Below are positions 11,035-21,295 of a DNA stretch of 64,000 nt, in pieces (within the stretch, counting starts at the first letter, position 1; each line of letters opens with the position of its first letter). Origin of the DNA: Waddliaceae bacterium (GTDB taxonomy: Bacteria; Chlamydiota; Chlamydiia; Chlamydiales; Waddliaceae). The DNA is taken from contig CAVRUH010000007.1 of assembly GCA_963724325.1 (NCBI GenBank), forward strand, positions 320,001 to 384,000. The letters are read 5' to 3'. Both the position numbers and the translations under genes were made by a program. The notes below the pieces were generated by a model. It was not told the DNA's origin. It searched no databases and saw only the letters and a list, made by a program, of their open reading frames with translations.

Positions 11035-11760
11035 GATAATTTCATATATTAATTGAAAACATCATATCATTTTCGATTACAAAATAGCTAATGCAATTTG
11101 CATATATTGGTGATTGCATCAAATTTCATGAGTCCGCATCGTAAGCGTCAAACTAAGTATTTCCGGTTTGGAGTGACCCAATTTATTGGGTCTTTTTCCG
11201 AGCCGAATTTATTCGGCTCGGTGGAGGGCGACACCTTGCCCTCCTTAGGTGAATGGCGAAATCTTGCCATGCACAGGGCCGAATAAATTCAGCCCTGAAA
11301 AAGACCTAATGAATTAGGTCACTCCAAATTAGACTGAGCGTTGAGTTAGGCAACGGCTCCGGTTTGACGCTTACGTATTTCCGGTTTGGAGTGACCCAAT
11401 TTATTGGGTCTTTTTCCGAGCCGAATTTATTCGGCTCGGTGGAGGGCGACACCTTGCCCTCCTTAGGTGAATGGCGAAATCTTGCCATGCACAGGGCCGA
11501 ATAAATTCAGCCCTGAAAAAGACCTAATGAATTAGGTCACTCCAAATTAGACTGAGCGTTGAGTTAGGCAACGGCTCCGGTTTGACGCTTACGTATTTCC
11601 GGTTTGGAGTGACCCAATTTATTGGGTCTTTTTCCGAGCCGAATTTATTCGGCTCGGTGGAGGGCGACACCTTGCCCTCCTTAGGTGAATGGCGAAATCT
11701 TGCCATGCACAGGGCCGAATAAATTCAGCCCTGAAAAAGACCTAATGAATTAGGTCACTC

Positions 11761-13665
11761 GTGCGCCACGAGGCGTCATTCTATCAGTGATGGGAAGGTC
11801 ATCACTAGGTAAGTTAAACCCAAACAACCTATACCAAGTCATTGGGCTCTGGAGGTAACAAAATGAGTTAAGCGTATGACAGGGAAGATGCAGGCCGTGT
11901 GATTGAGCTCCGTTATTAATAGATCTAGGAGGCCGACACTGTGAGTGTTGATGGAAGGCAATATCACGTTTACTCGCTAAGGGAATGAGAAACGGGACTC
12001 CTCGGGGTCGTAGAGCAGGGCATGTATCGAAGATAGAATGATGAACGTGGGATATCCTCTAGCTCTTCTAGATAGAAGTACCATCTCCCTAGTATAAAAG
12101 CGAGGAAGATGGGATGGCGAAGAGGAAGTCAGATGGATTCATAGTACCGATGAAGGGACGAACAAGGAGGGCAAAATGCCTCCGCGGAGTCACTGGAGGG
12201 AAGGAATCCTCGGCTTTTTATCAATCTGAATATGGAAACGTATGAGTACAATAGAGACTGCAATCCCAAAGCGGGATACGGACACGAAACTTGCAAGAGT
12301 AGCTTGGCTCTCTGCAAAGGATCCTCGTAAGGAATTTACATGTTTAATGCATTTCTACAACGAGGAATCACTTCTAAAATGCTATCAAACGCTGGATGGA
12401 AAGAAGGCGGTTGGTATCGACAAGGTGACAAAAGACCACTATGGGTTAAACCTCAGAGAAAATCTTAACAACCTTCTGGAACGCATGAGGAAGATGGCCT
12501 ATAGACCAGGTAATATCAGGGAAGTACTGATCGAAAAGGAAGATAAGCCAGGTGCATATCGACCACTTGGTATCAGTAATTTTGAAGATAAGATGATCCA
12601 GATGCAAACGGCTAGAATACTGGAAAGTATATATGAACCAATATTCAAGAACTGCTCATTTGGTTTCAGACCAGGTAAAAGCTGCCATGATGCTATCAAA
12701 GCACTGCATAAATTTCTATACACAAACGAAATTGATACAGTTATTGATATGGACATGGCAAACTTCTTTGGTACCATAGATCACAAGATCTTGGAAGATT
12801 TCATGCGAATGAAAATCAAGGACCCAAAGTTTATGAGATACATCATTAGAATGTTCAAAGCTGGTATAATATCAGAAGGAGAACTTAGAATGACGGAGGA
12901 AGGAGTACCTCAGGGGTCGGTATGCAGCCCGATTATGGCTAACATATACGCGCATTATGTCTTGGACACATGGATTGAAGAAATAATTCAACCCAAATGT
13001 TGTGGACAGGTGAAACTCTTCCGGTACGCTGATGATGCTATCATATGCTGTGAAAAAGAGCAAGATGCAAAAAGAATCCTGGAAGTACTGGATAAACGTC
13101 TTGCAAAATTTAATCTCAAATTAAATAAAGACAAAACCAAGGTTGTACCTTTCTCAAAGGCAAAAGCCGGTAAAGGCATACAACAGGGAACCTTTGACTT
13201 CCTAGGATTCACATTCTACCTCGGTAAATCCAAGATGGGTAAATGGATACCAAAATTGAAGACTGCAAAGAAAAGATGTGTGACGAAACTGAAACGAGTC
13301 ACAACATGGGTTAAAGAAAACAGGAACAAATACAAACTAGTCCCATTATGGAAAAAGTTCTGCTCAAAACTGAGGGGACACATCCAATACTATGGGGTCT
13401 CCTTCAACTTCGCGAATGTAAAACTATTCATAGAAGAGTCCAAAAAGACATTCTTTAAATGGATGAACCGCAGAAGTCAAAGAAGATCTATGACTTGGGA
13501 AAAGTTTGATAGGTTTCGACTAAAACACCCGTTACCCGCAGTGGCTATTAAACATAGGCTATTTTGAGAGAACGAGCGAGTGGTAGGTCGGGAGCCCACT
13601 GCCTTAATTGGGCACGGTGGGATCTAATGAGGGGGGAGCCGGGTGACCGGTCTCCTCTACTCTCT
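11761..13665 (+). mobile_element. Group II intron, copy 1 (1905 nt)
   Basis: 5' GTGCG; domain V gagcccactgccttaattgggcacggtgggatc (AGC triad); domain VI ending ctactctct; removal restores an intact repeat unit; encodes RT. Confidence 0.95.
12242..13567 (+). CDS. ltrA: Group II intron reverse transcriptase/maturase (no endonuclease domain)
   Basis: RPLGI, SFGFRPG, GVPQG, RYADD, FDFLGF motifs and X domain (LRGHIQYY); 441 aa, no C-terminal HNH. Confidence 0.95.
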   Translation: MSTIETAIPKRDTDTKLARVAWLSAKDPRKEFTCLMHFYNEESLLKCYQTLDGKKAVGIDKVTKDHYGLNLRENLNNLLERMRKMAYRPGNIREVLIEKEDKPGAYRPLGISNFEDKMIQMQTARILESIYEPIFKNCSFGFRPGKSCHDAIKALHKFLYTNEIDTVIDMDMANFFGTIDHKILEDFMRMKIKDPKFMRYIIRMFKAGIISEGELRMTEEGVPQGSVCSPIMANIYAHYVLDTWIEEIIQPKCCGQVKLFRYADDAIICCEKEQDAKRILEVLDKRLAKFNLKLNKDKTKVVPFSKAKAGKGIQQGTFDFLGFTFYLGKSKMGKWIPKLKTAKKRCVTKLKRVTTWVKENRNKYKLVPLWKKFCSKLRGHIQYYGVSFNFANVKLFIEESKKTFFKWMNRRSQRRSMTWEKFDRFRLKHPLPAVAIKHRLF

Positions 13666-13918
13666 CAAATTAGACTGAGCGTTGAGTTAGGCAACGGCTC
13701 CGGTTTGACGCTTACGAAGGTGCCGCTTTATTTAAATTATTTAAAAATCGAGAATTTTTTGGTTAATAGAGATAATTCCTCGACAGGGCCAAATAGTCCT
13801 ACCCGCAAGTTGTCCCGTTGCACTGAGTAGTTTGCCAATGGGGGACTTTTCGTTCAGAACAATGACAAATTTATGCGTAGCTACTGTGTTTACACTGGGC
13901 ATAATAACTCCTCATCTA

Positions 13919-14659
13919 TTATTTATTTGCAAAAAACTTTTGCTTGAAAGTTGTCATAAGGGACTGTAAAACTTCATCGGCAAATGCCTTGGGATTTTCT
14001 TCATTCATTGCAAATAGATTCGCATACATGTCAGCAAATTTTAAAACTGTTGCAAGATGATCTACTTGCTTAATTGGGTTAGCAGCCACCCTGCATATAG
14101 CCTCAAGGGCTAACAAATCCCTTTCTGTAAATTCCCCCGCCAGGGCTTCTCCGTATAATTTAGTGCCAATTCTTTTACGTTCATCCAAGATCTTTTCGCC
14201 ATTTGGACCTTGGTATGAACATAACTTTGCAATTTTTTCTTTGTCGATATAGCTTTGTAAAAATAGAGCCGTCCATTGGTGCACTTGAAGAGTTTCGTCA
14301 TTTAGAATTTTTGCCCGGGTATAATGTTCTTCAACGGTTTGCATCATGCGGGGAACAATAAGACTAATAATTCTATCGTGATACTCATCTGAAGGTCTCG
14401 GAGCTCTCATATTTAGGAAAAAACTCCTGTAAATGATCTCAGAAGGGGAGGCAGTGGAGTTTTCAGATTTTTTTTGTTGTACAAAGGCGCAAAAGTCTTT
14501 TCTTCCCTTGATTTTAACCTTCGCAAGGTCCAGAAATTTTTTCTTTAAATATTTGGTTAAGTCCGTTAGCTCTTTTTCATCATAAGAATTACAGTTATAT
14601 ATAAGGGTCATAGCTGGACCAAAAACCCCTGCTTGATCAAATGATACTAAGTGACTCAT
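13919..14659 (-). CDS. Hypothetical protein (246 aa)
   Basis: Long ORF with ATG and upstream AGGA-type RBS; no recognisable motif. Confidence 0.65.
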   Translation of the reverse strand: MSHLVSFDQAGVFGPAMTLIYNCNSYDEKELTDLTKYLKKKFLDLAKVKIKGRKDFCAFVQQKKSENSTASPSEIIYRSFFLNMRAPRPSDEYHDRIISLIVPRMMQTVEEHYTRAKILNDETLQVHQWTALFLQSYIDKEKIAKLCSYQGPNGEKILDERKRIGTKLYGEALAGEFTERDLLALEAICRVAANPIKQVDHLATVLKFADMYANLFAMNEENPKAFADEVLQSLMTTFKQKFFANK

Positions 14660-14736
14660 TTATTGTTCCTGTGTAGAATTGTATTTATCGATTCCAGAAT
14701 ATAGCATAGAGAGTCGCTTGTCTGCAATGAAAAATA

Positions 14737-15582
14737 TTAAATGTCTCTGGAGATGATGAAGTGGGCGATGGCACAGAGAAGAGAGGTATCCCCAGCGAGA
14801 GAGGTAAGATTTTTTTGGCTTGAGTTAAGTAGTTTGGCGGCGATATCTTTTGATTTTTCGATGCCCAGCAGGGTAACATAGGTGGCCTTTTGATTAGAGG
14901 CGTCTGAGCCTGTGGCAACATGATCCAATAAGTCATCCACAATTTGAAATGCTAACCCAATATTTCGTCCGAATTCCTCAAGATGGTGCATTTCGTCTTG
15001 AGAGGCATTTGCAATAATGCCTCCAAATAGTACAGATGCTGTAATTAGTGCACCAGTCTTCTTGTGATGTATTTGCTCGAGGGTTCTAAGATCAATCGTT
15101 TGACCCTCGGAATCCATGTCCATTAGCTGGCCTATGATCATCCCTTCGCCTCCTGCATTCTTAGCCAGCAGAGCAACGAGGGCAATTTTCTGTTCGGGTG
15201 AAAGATGAGGGGCCTCCGACAAAACTTGAAAGGCATGAGTTAGCAGAAAATCACCTGCAAGGACCGCTTCTGCCTCACCAAAGGCTTTGTGCAAGGTCGG
15301 AATGCCCCTGCGCATGTCGTCGTTGTCCATACAGGGAAGGTCGTCGTGAATCAATGAATACGTATGGACCATCTCTAAAGCACATGCTGGGGATAAAGCA
15401 TTTTCAATTTTGCCATTAAAAGCCGCAGTTGCGGCGAGAGTGAGGATCGGACGCATCCTTTTTCCTCCTGCAAGAAGTGAATATCTGGCGGCTTCGTGCA
15501 ATCTCGATTCGCAAGGCAAAAGAAATTCGAGATGTTTCTCGATGACTTCCTTTTGCGAAGTGAGATAGTCCGTTATTACCAT
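14737..15582 (-). CDS. ispA: Farnesyl/geranyl diphosphate synthase (polyprenyl synthetase)
   Basis: GGKRMRP, SLIHDDLPCMDNDDMRRG, KTGAL, GLAFQIVDDLLD; start placed at MVITDY. Confidence 0.92.
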   Translation of the reverse strand: MVITDYLTSQKEVIEKHLEFLLPCESRLHEAARYSLLAGGKRMRPILTLAATAAFNGKIENALSPACALEMVHTYSLIHDDLPCMDNDDMRRGIPTLHKAFGEAEAVLAGDFLLTHAFQVLSEAPHLSPEQKIALVALLAKNAGGEGMIIGQLMDMDSEGQTIDLRTLEQIHHKKTGALITASVLFGGIIANASQDEMHHLEEFGRNIGLAFQIVDDLLDHVATGSDASNQKATYVTLLGIEKSKDIAAKLLNSSQKNLTSLAGDTSLLCAIAHFIISRDI

Positions 15583-15584
15583 AT

Positions 15585-16952
15585 TCAGAATACACTTTCC
15601 TCTTGCAGCATTTCGGCAAAGCGAGGCTTTAGGCCGATGCAATAGTAATCAAATCCCCATTTATTCATTTCATTGGGATTGTACTGATTGCGGCCGTCGA
15701 AGAATCCAGTACCTTTCATTTTGGCTAGGATTTTTGGAAAATCGAGGAATCGGAATTGCTTCCACTCGGTCGCAAGTGCAATGGCATCGGCACCGGTGGC
15801 GGTTTCTTCTTCATCTGCACACCAGGTAATGCGTGGGTCGTCACCTAAAAGAGCTTTCATATTTTCGATTGAGACTGGATCATAGGCTCGAATAGAGGCT
15901 CCAGCCTTTAATAGCTGGTCAATAAGGACTAATGAAGGAGCTTCGCGGATATCATCTGTATCGGGTTTAAATGAGAGGCCCAGAATGGCGATAGTTTTAT
16001 TGGTGAGGCCGCCTCTTTTTTCGAAGTAGTTTTTGATTTTGTTTCCTAAAACAAGTTTTTGGCGGGCGTTCACGTTGCAAACTGCATCTAGAAGGGGAGT
16101 AGGGTATTCCAGGAAATTGGCGTGATGGCGCATAGCGGTGACGTCTTTTGGAAGGCATGAACCTCCATAGCCTATTCCTGCGTATAGAAAGCTGTAGCCG
16201 ATGCGTGGGTCGGCACCCATTCCTCTGCGCACTTTGTTGATGTCTGCACCGGTGATCTCGCATAGACCTGAAAGCTCATTCATAAATGAGATTCGAGTTG
16301 CCAGCATTGCATTTGAAGCCCATTTAGTAAGTTCTGCAGAGCGAATATCCATGATGATGAGTCTTTCGTGACTGAGCATAAAAGGGGAGTATATTTCACG
16401 CATTGCTGGGATGGGTCGTTGGTTATCGGCGCCGATGATAACACGGTCTGGTTTCATGAAATCGAGGACTGCATTTCCTTCTTTGAGGAATTCGGGATTG
16501 GCTACGACATCGAAATCGATATTTTTATTGAGTTTATCGAGTGTGCTTAGAATGGTTTCTTCGATGAGGGAGGCAGTTCCGACGGGGACAGTAGATTTAT
16601 TTACGACGATCATGTAGTCGTGCATTTGTTCGGCGAGGGTTGCAGCTACTTTTTTCACTGAGCTTAGGTTGGCGCTGCCATCTTCTGAGACTGGGGTGTC
16701 GACGCATATGAAGCATACAGTGGCCGATTTCATCGCATCTGTGTAGTCGGTAGTGAAGCGGATTCGGTGTGCTTTCGTGTTTCTTTTGAGCATTTCTTCA
16801 AGACCTGGCTCATAAATGGGGATAAAGCCTTCATTAAGTTTGGCGATTTTTGCTGTGTTGATATCTAGGCATACTACTTTGTGTCCCATTTCTGCAAAAC
16901 AGGTCGCCGTGACGAGTCCAACATATCCTATGCCAATAACTAATAATTCCAT
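15585..16952 (-). CDS. ugd: UDP-glucose 6-dehydrogenase
   Basis: GIGYVG, NKSTVPVG, NPEFLKEG, GYGGSCLPKD, FKPDTDDIRE. Confidence 0.95.
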   Translation of the reverse strand: MELLVIGIGYVGLVTATCFAEMGHKVVCLDINTAKIAKLNEGFIPIYEPGLEEMLKRNTKAHRIRFTTDYTDAMKSATVCFICVDTPVSEDGSANLSSVKKVAATLAEQMHDYMIVVNKSTVPVGTASLIEETILSTLDKLNKNIDFDVVANPEFLKEGNAVLDFMKPDRVIIGADNQRPIPAMREIYSPFMLSHERLIIMDIRSAELTKWASNAMLATRISFMNELSGLCEITGADINKVRRGMGADPRIGYSFLYAGIGYGGSCLPKDVTAMRHHANFLEYPTPLLDAVCNVNARQKLVLGNKIKNYFEKRGGLTNKTIAILGLSFKPDTDDIREAPSLVLIDQLLKAGASIRAYDPVSIENMKALLGDDPRITWCADEEETATGADAIALATEWKQFRFLDFPKILAKMKGTGFFDGRNQYNPNEMNKWGFDYYCIGLKPRFAEMLQEESVF

Positions 16953-17072
16953 AATCGTTTCCTATCATTGATCTTGATAGCAAATATTACCATATTTCAC
17001 TATATCGCTCAATACCGATTCTTTACTATGCTCTTATTCCTTGGAAAAAAACAGGATATGCAAGATCGCAAG

Positions 17073-17247
17073 CGGCATGATGGGCAAGCATATGCACCAA
17101 CTTAAAAAAAATTCTAACACCGAGTTCACCGAGAAAAAGAGAGGTAGCACAGAGCTATTTTATACTCAATGATCTCTCTTGTGTTCTCTCGTGTTCTCTG
17201 TGGTAAATGATATTTTAGGTTGATGCGTATGCTAGCACATCATGCCG
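17073..17247. repeat. MITE-like element (family C) with 35-bp imperfect terminal inverted repeats and internal CACNGAG/CTCTGTG repeats
   Basis: cggcatgatgggcaagcatatgcaccaacttaaaa (17073-17107) vs reverse complement of 17213-17247, 30/35 match. Confidence 0.7.
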
Positions 17248-17275
17248 AATGTTATGTTTCTATGGGGTATCACTG

Positions 17276-19372
17276 TTAAAATTCTATGCGAGGGACGAAG
17301 CTGTTGTAGTCTTCGCGGCTGGGGGCTCGGAGACCGACGGAGAAGTTGATCGAGAATCTGTCTTCATCTTCGCGGTGCCTATAGAAGAATTGGAGATGCC
17401 AGGTCGAACGTATGGTGCCAAGGAGGTTGATTTGGTATTCTTTGTACTGAGGTTGGCGGGGTCTATCCCAACCAAATCGAGAGTTAACAAGCAGTGCCCA
17501 GTAGGGATGAAATTTATAGTAAAAATTTAACAGAAGGGTATCCCGTCTGTCCGAAAGTTGAGAATCTCGTAACTCTTTTACAGGGACAAACGAGTCTAGC
17601 ATGAAATTGTTATGGTCCACTTTTCTCCATGAAAAAGCGCTCCTATATCTGTATTCAGTGGAGACAGCTAAACGTTCGCTTAAGGTCCATTCGATCAAAT
17701 AATTATAATGATCCAGTATACCTTCTCGGAAATCCCAACCGGTTGTTATTCCTTGTCTGAGATATGGAGTAGCATTATAAACACATTTTGCATATGCAAT
17801 GGGGGCAACCGAATGAACTGTGTCCGTGTTAAAGAAAAGATTTGTCCAAACGTCTAGGTAGAGATCTCGTGAGATACTGCTATTGGTCATTTTTTTGTAT
17901 AGAGATTGATCAAATCCAACGCGCATCAGGCTTAGGTGATACCAACCATCGTCGATATCAAAGATGTAGACTTTGTTTGGATTATATGTTGGAAAACTGT
18001 AGTAGTGGTACTTTACGTAAGGGCTTATCACGTGTTTATGTGAATTGAAATATCTGTAAAAACTGGAGTTAATTTCTCCTCCCAAATAGCCGATATTCAT
18101 CCATCTTTCGCCGCCGTGTTTAGGACTGCTTCCATAGTAGATAGAAACTCCACCAATCTCCGGAGTCATGTTTAGGTTTAAAAAGTGGAAGGGGCGATAG
18201 ATTGAATTGGCAAATTCGTAGCGTGGAGAGTTGTAATCATTTTCGTGGGTGTTTTTGTTGTATTCGAGTTCCAGATAAGATGCTTTAAAGTTATTTTCGG
18301 AAATAATTCCCGTTCTGCCTATTTCGAATGCTCGGAAGTTTCCGGCAAGTGTCGGAAGTTCTTCTTTTACTGTTTGGAAGTTGTTGATTCGGACCCTTGT
18401 CAGAAAGTTCATGATCCAATTATTTTCTTCGTGCCTGATATGAAGCTGGGTTCTTTTAGCTGTATCGAGCTGGATGCCTTTGTCTTCGTAGTCAGAGGCC
18501 ATATCTTTGTCGCTGAGTTTATCCCAGGAAAGGTCTATGGTTGTTTTCTCGTCATTGAAAATGGCGCCATAGAGACCTTCGAAGCGGTAACGGGTAGTGA
18601 ATTTAGCATTATAGAGGGTCATGTCGTTGGCGATGTAGTTGATAGTATCTAGGCTGTGGTTGCCATCTTTTGAGCGGTAGTTTGTTTCGAATCCGCCGCC
18701 GAGCCCGCGTTTTATCAAATAGTCAAGATGAAGGAAGGCTTTCCATTCTTTCCATGAAAATATTTCGTAGATCATGCCGACGCGTGGTCCTTGGCTGCCG
18801 CCGACTCTAGCGGTATATCTTATGGGGTTATCGAAGATTACGTCTAGGTTGATTTTGAAGCTAGGAAGCCAAAAAAGAGGGAGTTTTACAAATTTGAAGT
18901 AGACATTTTTTGTTGTGAGGTATTTTTTTTCTTCTAGAAGGGCCTCTTCCGAGCCAATTTCCCAATCTAGATCAATATTTTCGGAGGTGGTGGCATATCC
19001 ATCAAAAATCTTATAACTGCCATCAGCTAAAAGGTGGATTTCTTTGCCTCCAAGGAACCAAGGTTCTACGCCTGTGCGCCCTTCATACAATATTCCTGAG
19101 CGTGAAATGAGATCGTATTCGATTCGGCTGCCGGCGAAGACATATTCTCCGCATTCGACCATGAGGTCGCCTTCGGCCTCTACATTTTCGACACCTGTTT
19201 TGCGTGTATATGCCATTCTGATGGCTTGGATTCGCAAGTTTGGTCCGGTGATGATACCGCCTTTATCTGTGCGGAGGACTCCCTCCTCATAGACGGGTTC
19301 TCGGAGGTCTACGCCGTACCCGAAAAGGGTTAAAGGCAAAAGGATAAATGTAAATAAGCAGTTTCTTATCAC
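17276..19372 (-). CDS. LPS-assembly protein LptD-like outer-membrane beta-barrel
   Basis: Signal-peptide-like N-terminus, OstA-like beta-jellyroll N region (VEAEGD, RIEYDL), aromatic-rich barrel, C-terminal Phe. Confidence 0.6.
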   Translation of the reverse strand: MIRNCLFTFILLPLTLFGYGVDLREPVYEEGVLRTDKGGIITGPNLRIQAIRMAYTRKTGVENVEAEGDLMVECGEYVFAGSRIEYDLISRSGILYEGRTGVEPWFLGGKEIHLLADGSYKIFDGYATTSENIDLDWEIGSEEALLEEKKYLTTKNVYFKFVKLPLFWLPSFKINLDVIFDNPIRYTARVGGSQGPRVGMIYEIFSWKEWKAFLHLDYLIKRGLGGGFETNYRSKDGNHSLDTINYIANDMTLYNAKFTTRYRFEGLYGAIFNDEKTTIDLSWDKLSDKDMASDYEDKGIQLDTAKRTQLHIRHEENNWIMNFLTRVRINNFQTVKEELPTLAGNFRAFEIGRTGIISENNFKASYLELEYNKNTHENDYNSPRYEFANSIYRPFHFLNLNMTPEIGGVSIYYGSSPKHGGERWMNIGYLGGEINSSFYRYFNSHKHVISPYVKYHYYSFPTYNPNKVYIFDIDDGWYHLSLMRVGFDQSLYKKMTNSSISRDLYLDVWTNLFFNTDTVHSVAPIAYAKCVYNATPYLRQGITTGWDFREGILDHYNYLIEWTLSERLAVSTEYRYRSAFSWRKVDHNNFMLDSFVPVKELRDSQLSDRRDTLLLNFYYKFHPYWALLVNSRFGWDRPRQPQYKEYQINLLGTIRSTWHLQFFYRHREDEDRFSINFSVGLRAPSREDYNSFVPRIEF

Positions 19373-19519
19373 GAGCTACCAGGGCAATATTTTGCAGTCA
19401 TCATATGGCTTCTTCAGAGATATAATCAAGAAATAAAAAAAATCCTTGCACTAATATTTGATTTTTTGTTATTCTCTGAATAGAAGATGAATTAACTTAG
19501 TTCTTTATATAGGAGCAAT

Positions 19520-20914
19520 ATGAGTTATACTGACCCAAAAAATTATTCTGTACTAAATAGTTATGATTTTCGGGATAAAAATCATGTTAATTCGTTTTTA
19601 GATTGGGCAAGTACCCCATGCCGCAGAGTCTTAGGCGGTAGAAATGTCTATTTAAGGTCCTTGAAACATGAAGCTGAAATGTCAACTGCAAAAAAGGTGG
19701 CGGTCATATTTTTTTCAGTTTTGATATTTCCTATTGCGCTTATTTCACTAGCTAGCCTTGCAGTTAAAGTCATTACTTTACCATGGATATGGGAAAAGAA
19801 CAAAATGGCAGAGCAAGTTGCTAAGACAACTAATGTCTACAATCAATTTATACTTGCATGTAATCAAAATCGTCATAGTGATGCCCTTGCAGAAATCGCA
19901 AAAGTACCAGAATTAGCTCAGGATATAACCGTTAACCGCGCTCTTTTCACTGCGATTAACAGGAAAATTAACAATAATGATTCTTGGGATGAGATTAAAG
20001 ATTCACTAAAACTGCTTAGCTCGAGTGATGCTATTAGCTTAATCGATCACGCCGTAAAAGCTAGATTAGCCAATGAATTTAACAAAAACTACTCCTTTAT
20101 AAAAGGGGATGATATTTCGGATTTAATTAAAAATTCATTAGATGGAAAAGATGCTCTTAAGGAGTGCTATGATAAGTTACTTTCGAGCTCTTTAAATGTC
20201 GATGTTTCTTCAGGTAATGTGGCATTAAATGCTAGAAAGATGGAATTAGCGGATCATGTTTTCACATTCCGCACACGAATGATGCAATCTTATGCTGCAA
20301 ATGCAATAGAACATCAAGCGGCATCGATTTTTGAGTTAAATGAAAGAGACGATTTATTCGGAGGAAGAAGTAATGCAGGTTTGACTTTGCAGTATAGAAT
20401 GATGTTTAAATCAATGCCTGATATGCAGCAGATCCATGATGCTGTACAGACCACACGTAATGTGACGTTAATTGGTCAGGATGCCTTTGATGAGATTAAT
20501 GATGCGATATTACAATCACAAGTTAACATGTGGAGTATTATTAGACAAGCCTGTAGCAGGTTTGATAATGCTTTAAGGGGAGCTTGTAATTCACAGGGCG
20601 AAAGAAAAGTATTGGATTTGATTCAAGAACAACTTAAGCGGCAAATATTTGATGTAGTAGATATTTCTTCCCGAACAGTGATTACAAATGAAGATAAAGC
20701 AAAGTTAAATGCTATTAAGGCCGACGTGAAACAGATCAATATGCCTAATTTGCAACAAGTTCAAGGTAATCAATCCTTATTGGATAGCATGCTGGAGCAG
20801 CTACGATTACAAAAAATGAATACAATAGTAGCTTTTGCTAAACTAATAAAAGACACAATGGCTCCTAAGGCTACAAAAATAATGAACGATATCCTAAACC
20901 CCGTTAATCCGTAA
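19520..20914 (+). CDS. Hypothetical protein with N-terminal hydrophobic (Inc-like) segment, paralog 1 (464 aa)
   Basis: AGGAG RBS; VAVIFFSVLIFPIALISLASLAVKVI hydrophobic stretch; paralog at 23577. Confidence 0.8.
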   Translation: MSYTDPKNYSVLNSYDFRDKNHVNSFLDWASTPCRRVLGGRNVYLRSLKHEAEMSTAKKVAVIFFSVLIFPIALISLASLAVKVITLPWIWEKNKMAEQVAKTTNVYNQFILACNQNRHSDALAEIAKVPELAQDITVNRALFTAINRKINNNDSWDEIKDSLKLLSSSDAISLIDHAVKARLANEFNKNYSFIKGDDISDLIKNSLDGKDALKECYDKLLSSSLNVDVSSGNVALNARKMELADHVFTFRTRMMQSYAANAIEHQAASIFELNERDDLFGGRSNAGLTLQYRMMFKSMPDMQQIHDAVQTTRNVTLIGQDAFDEINDAILQSQVNMWSIIRQACSRFDNALRGACNSQGERKVLDLIQEQLKRQIFDVVDISSRTVITNEDKAKLNAIKADVKQINMPNLQQVQGNQSLLDSMLEQLRLQKMNTIVAFAKLIKDTMAPKATKIMNDILNPVNP

Positions 20915-21295
20915 CGTCTCGCTATTTCACAGGGCCGAATAAATTCGGCCCTGAAAAAGACCCAATAAATTGGGTCACTCCATAACAGAAATTTGCAAGT
21001 TTATCACTAATCATTAAATTTGGAGTGACCCAATTCATTGGGTCTTTTTCAGGGCTGAATTTATTCGGCCCTGTGGATGGCAAGATATCGCCGTTCACCG
21101 TGCCCAATAAATTGAGCACGGAAAAAGACCCAATGAATTGGGTCGCTCCATAACAGATCCTTAAATTTGGAGTGACCCAATTCATTGGGTCTTTTTCAGG
21201 GCTGAATTTATTCGGCCCTGTGGATGGCAAGATATCGCCGTTCACCGTGCCCAATAAATTGAGCACGGAAAAAGACCCAATGAATTGGGTCACTC

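Larger units (their letters stand above)
11139..13717. repeat. Family A array 1: three tandem 218-bp units (11157, 11375, 11593), third interrupted by a group II intron
   Basis: Exact 218-bp period; third unit = 11593-11760 + 13666-13715; whole array bounded by inverted 15-mers tcgtaagcgtcaaac (11139-11153) / gtttgacgcttacga (13703-13717). Confidence 0.92.

Noticed and set aside
11157..11760. CRISPR array next to an RT (RT-Cas-like system)
   Set aside because: Units are 218 bp and identical with no unique spacers; no cas genes; the RT lies inside a complete group II intron
12242..13567. DGR or retron reverse transcriptase
   Set aside because: GVPQG/YADD with an X domain and intron domains V/VI; no adenine-specific TR/VR pair or msr-msd seen
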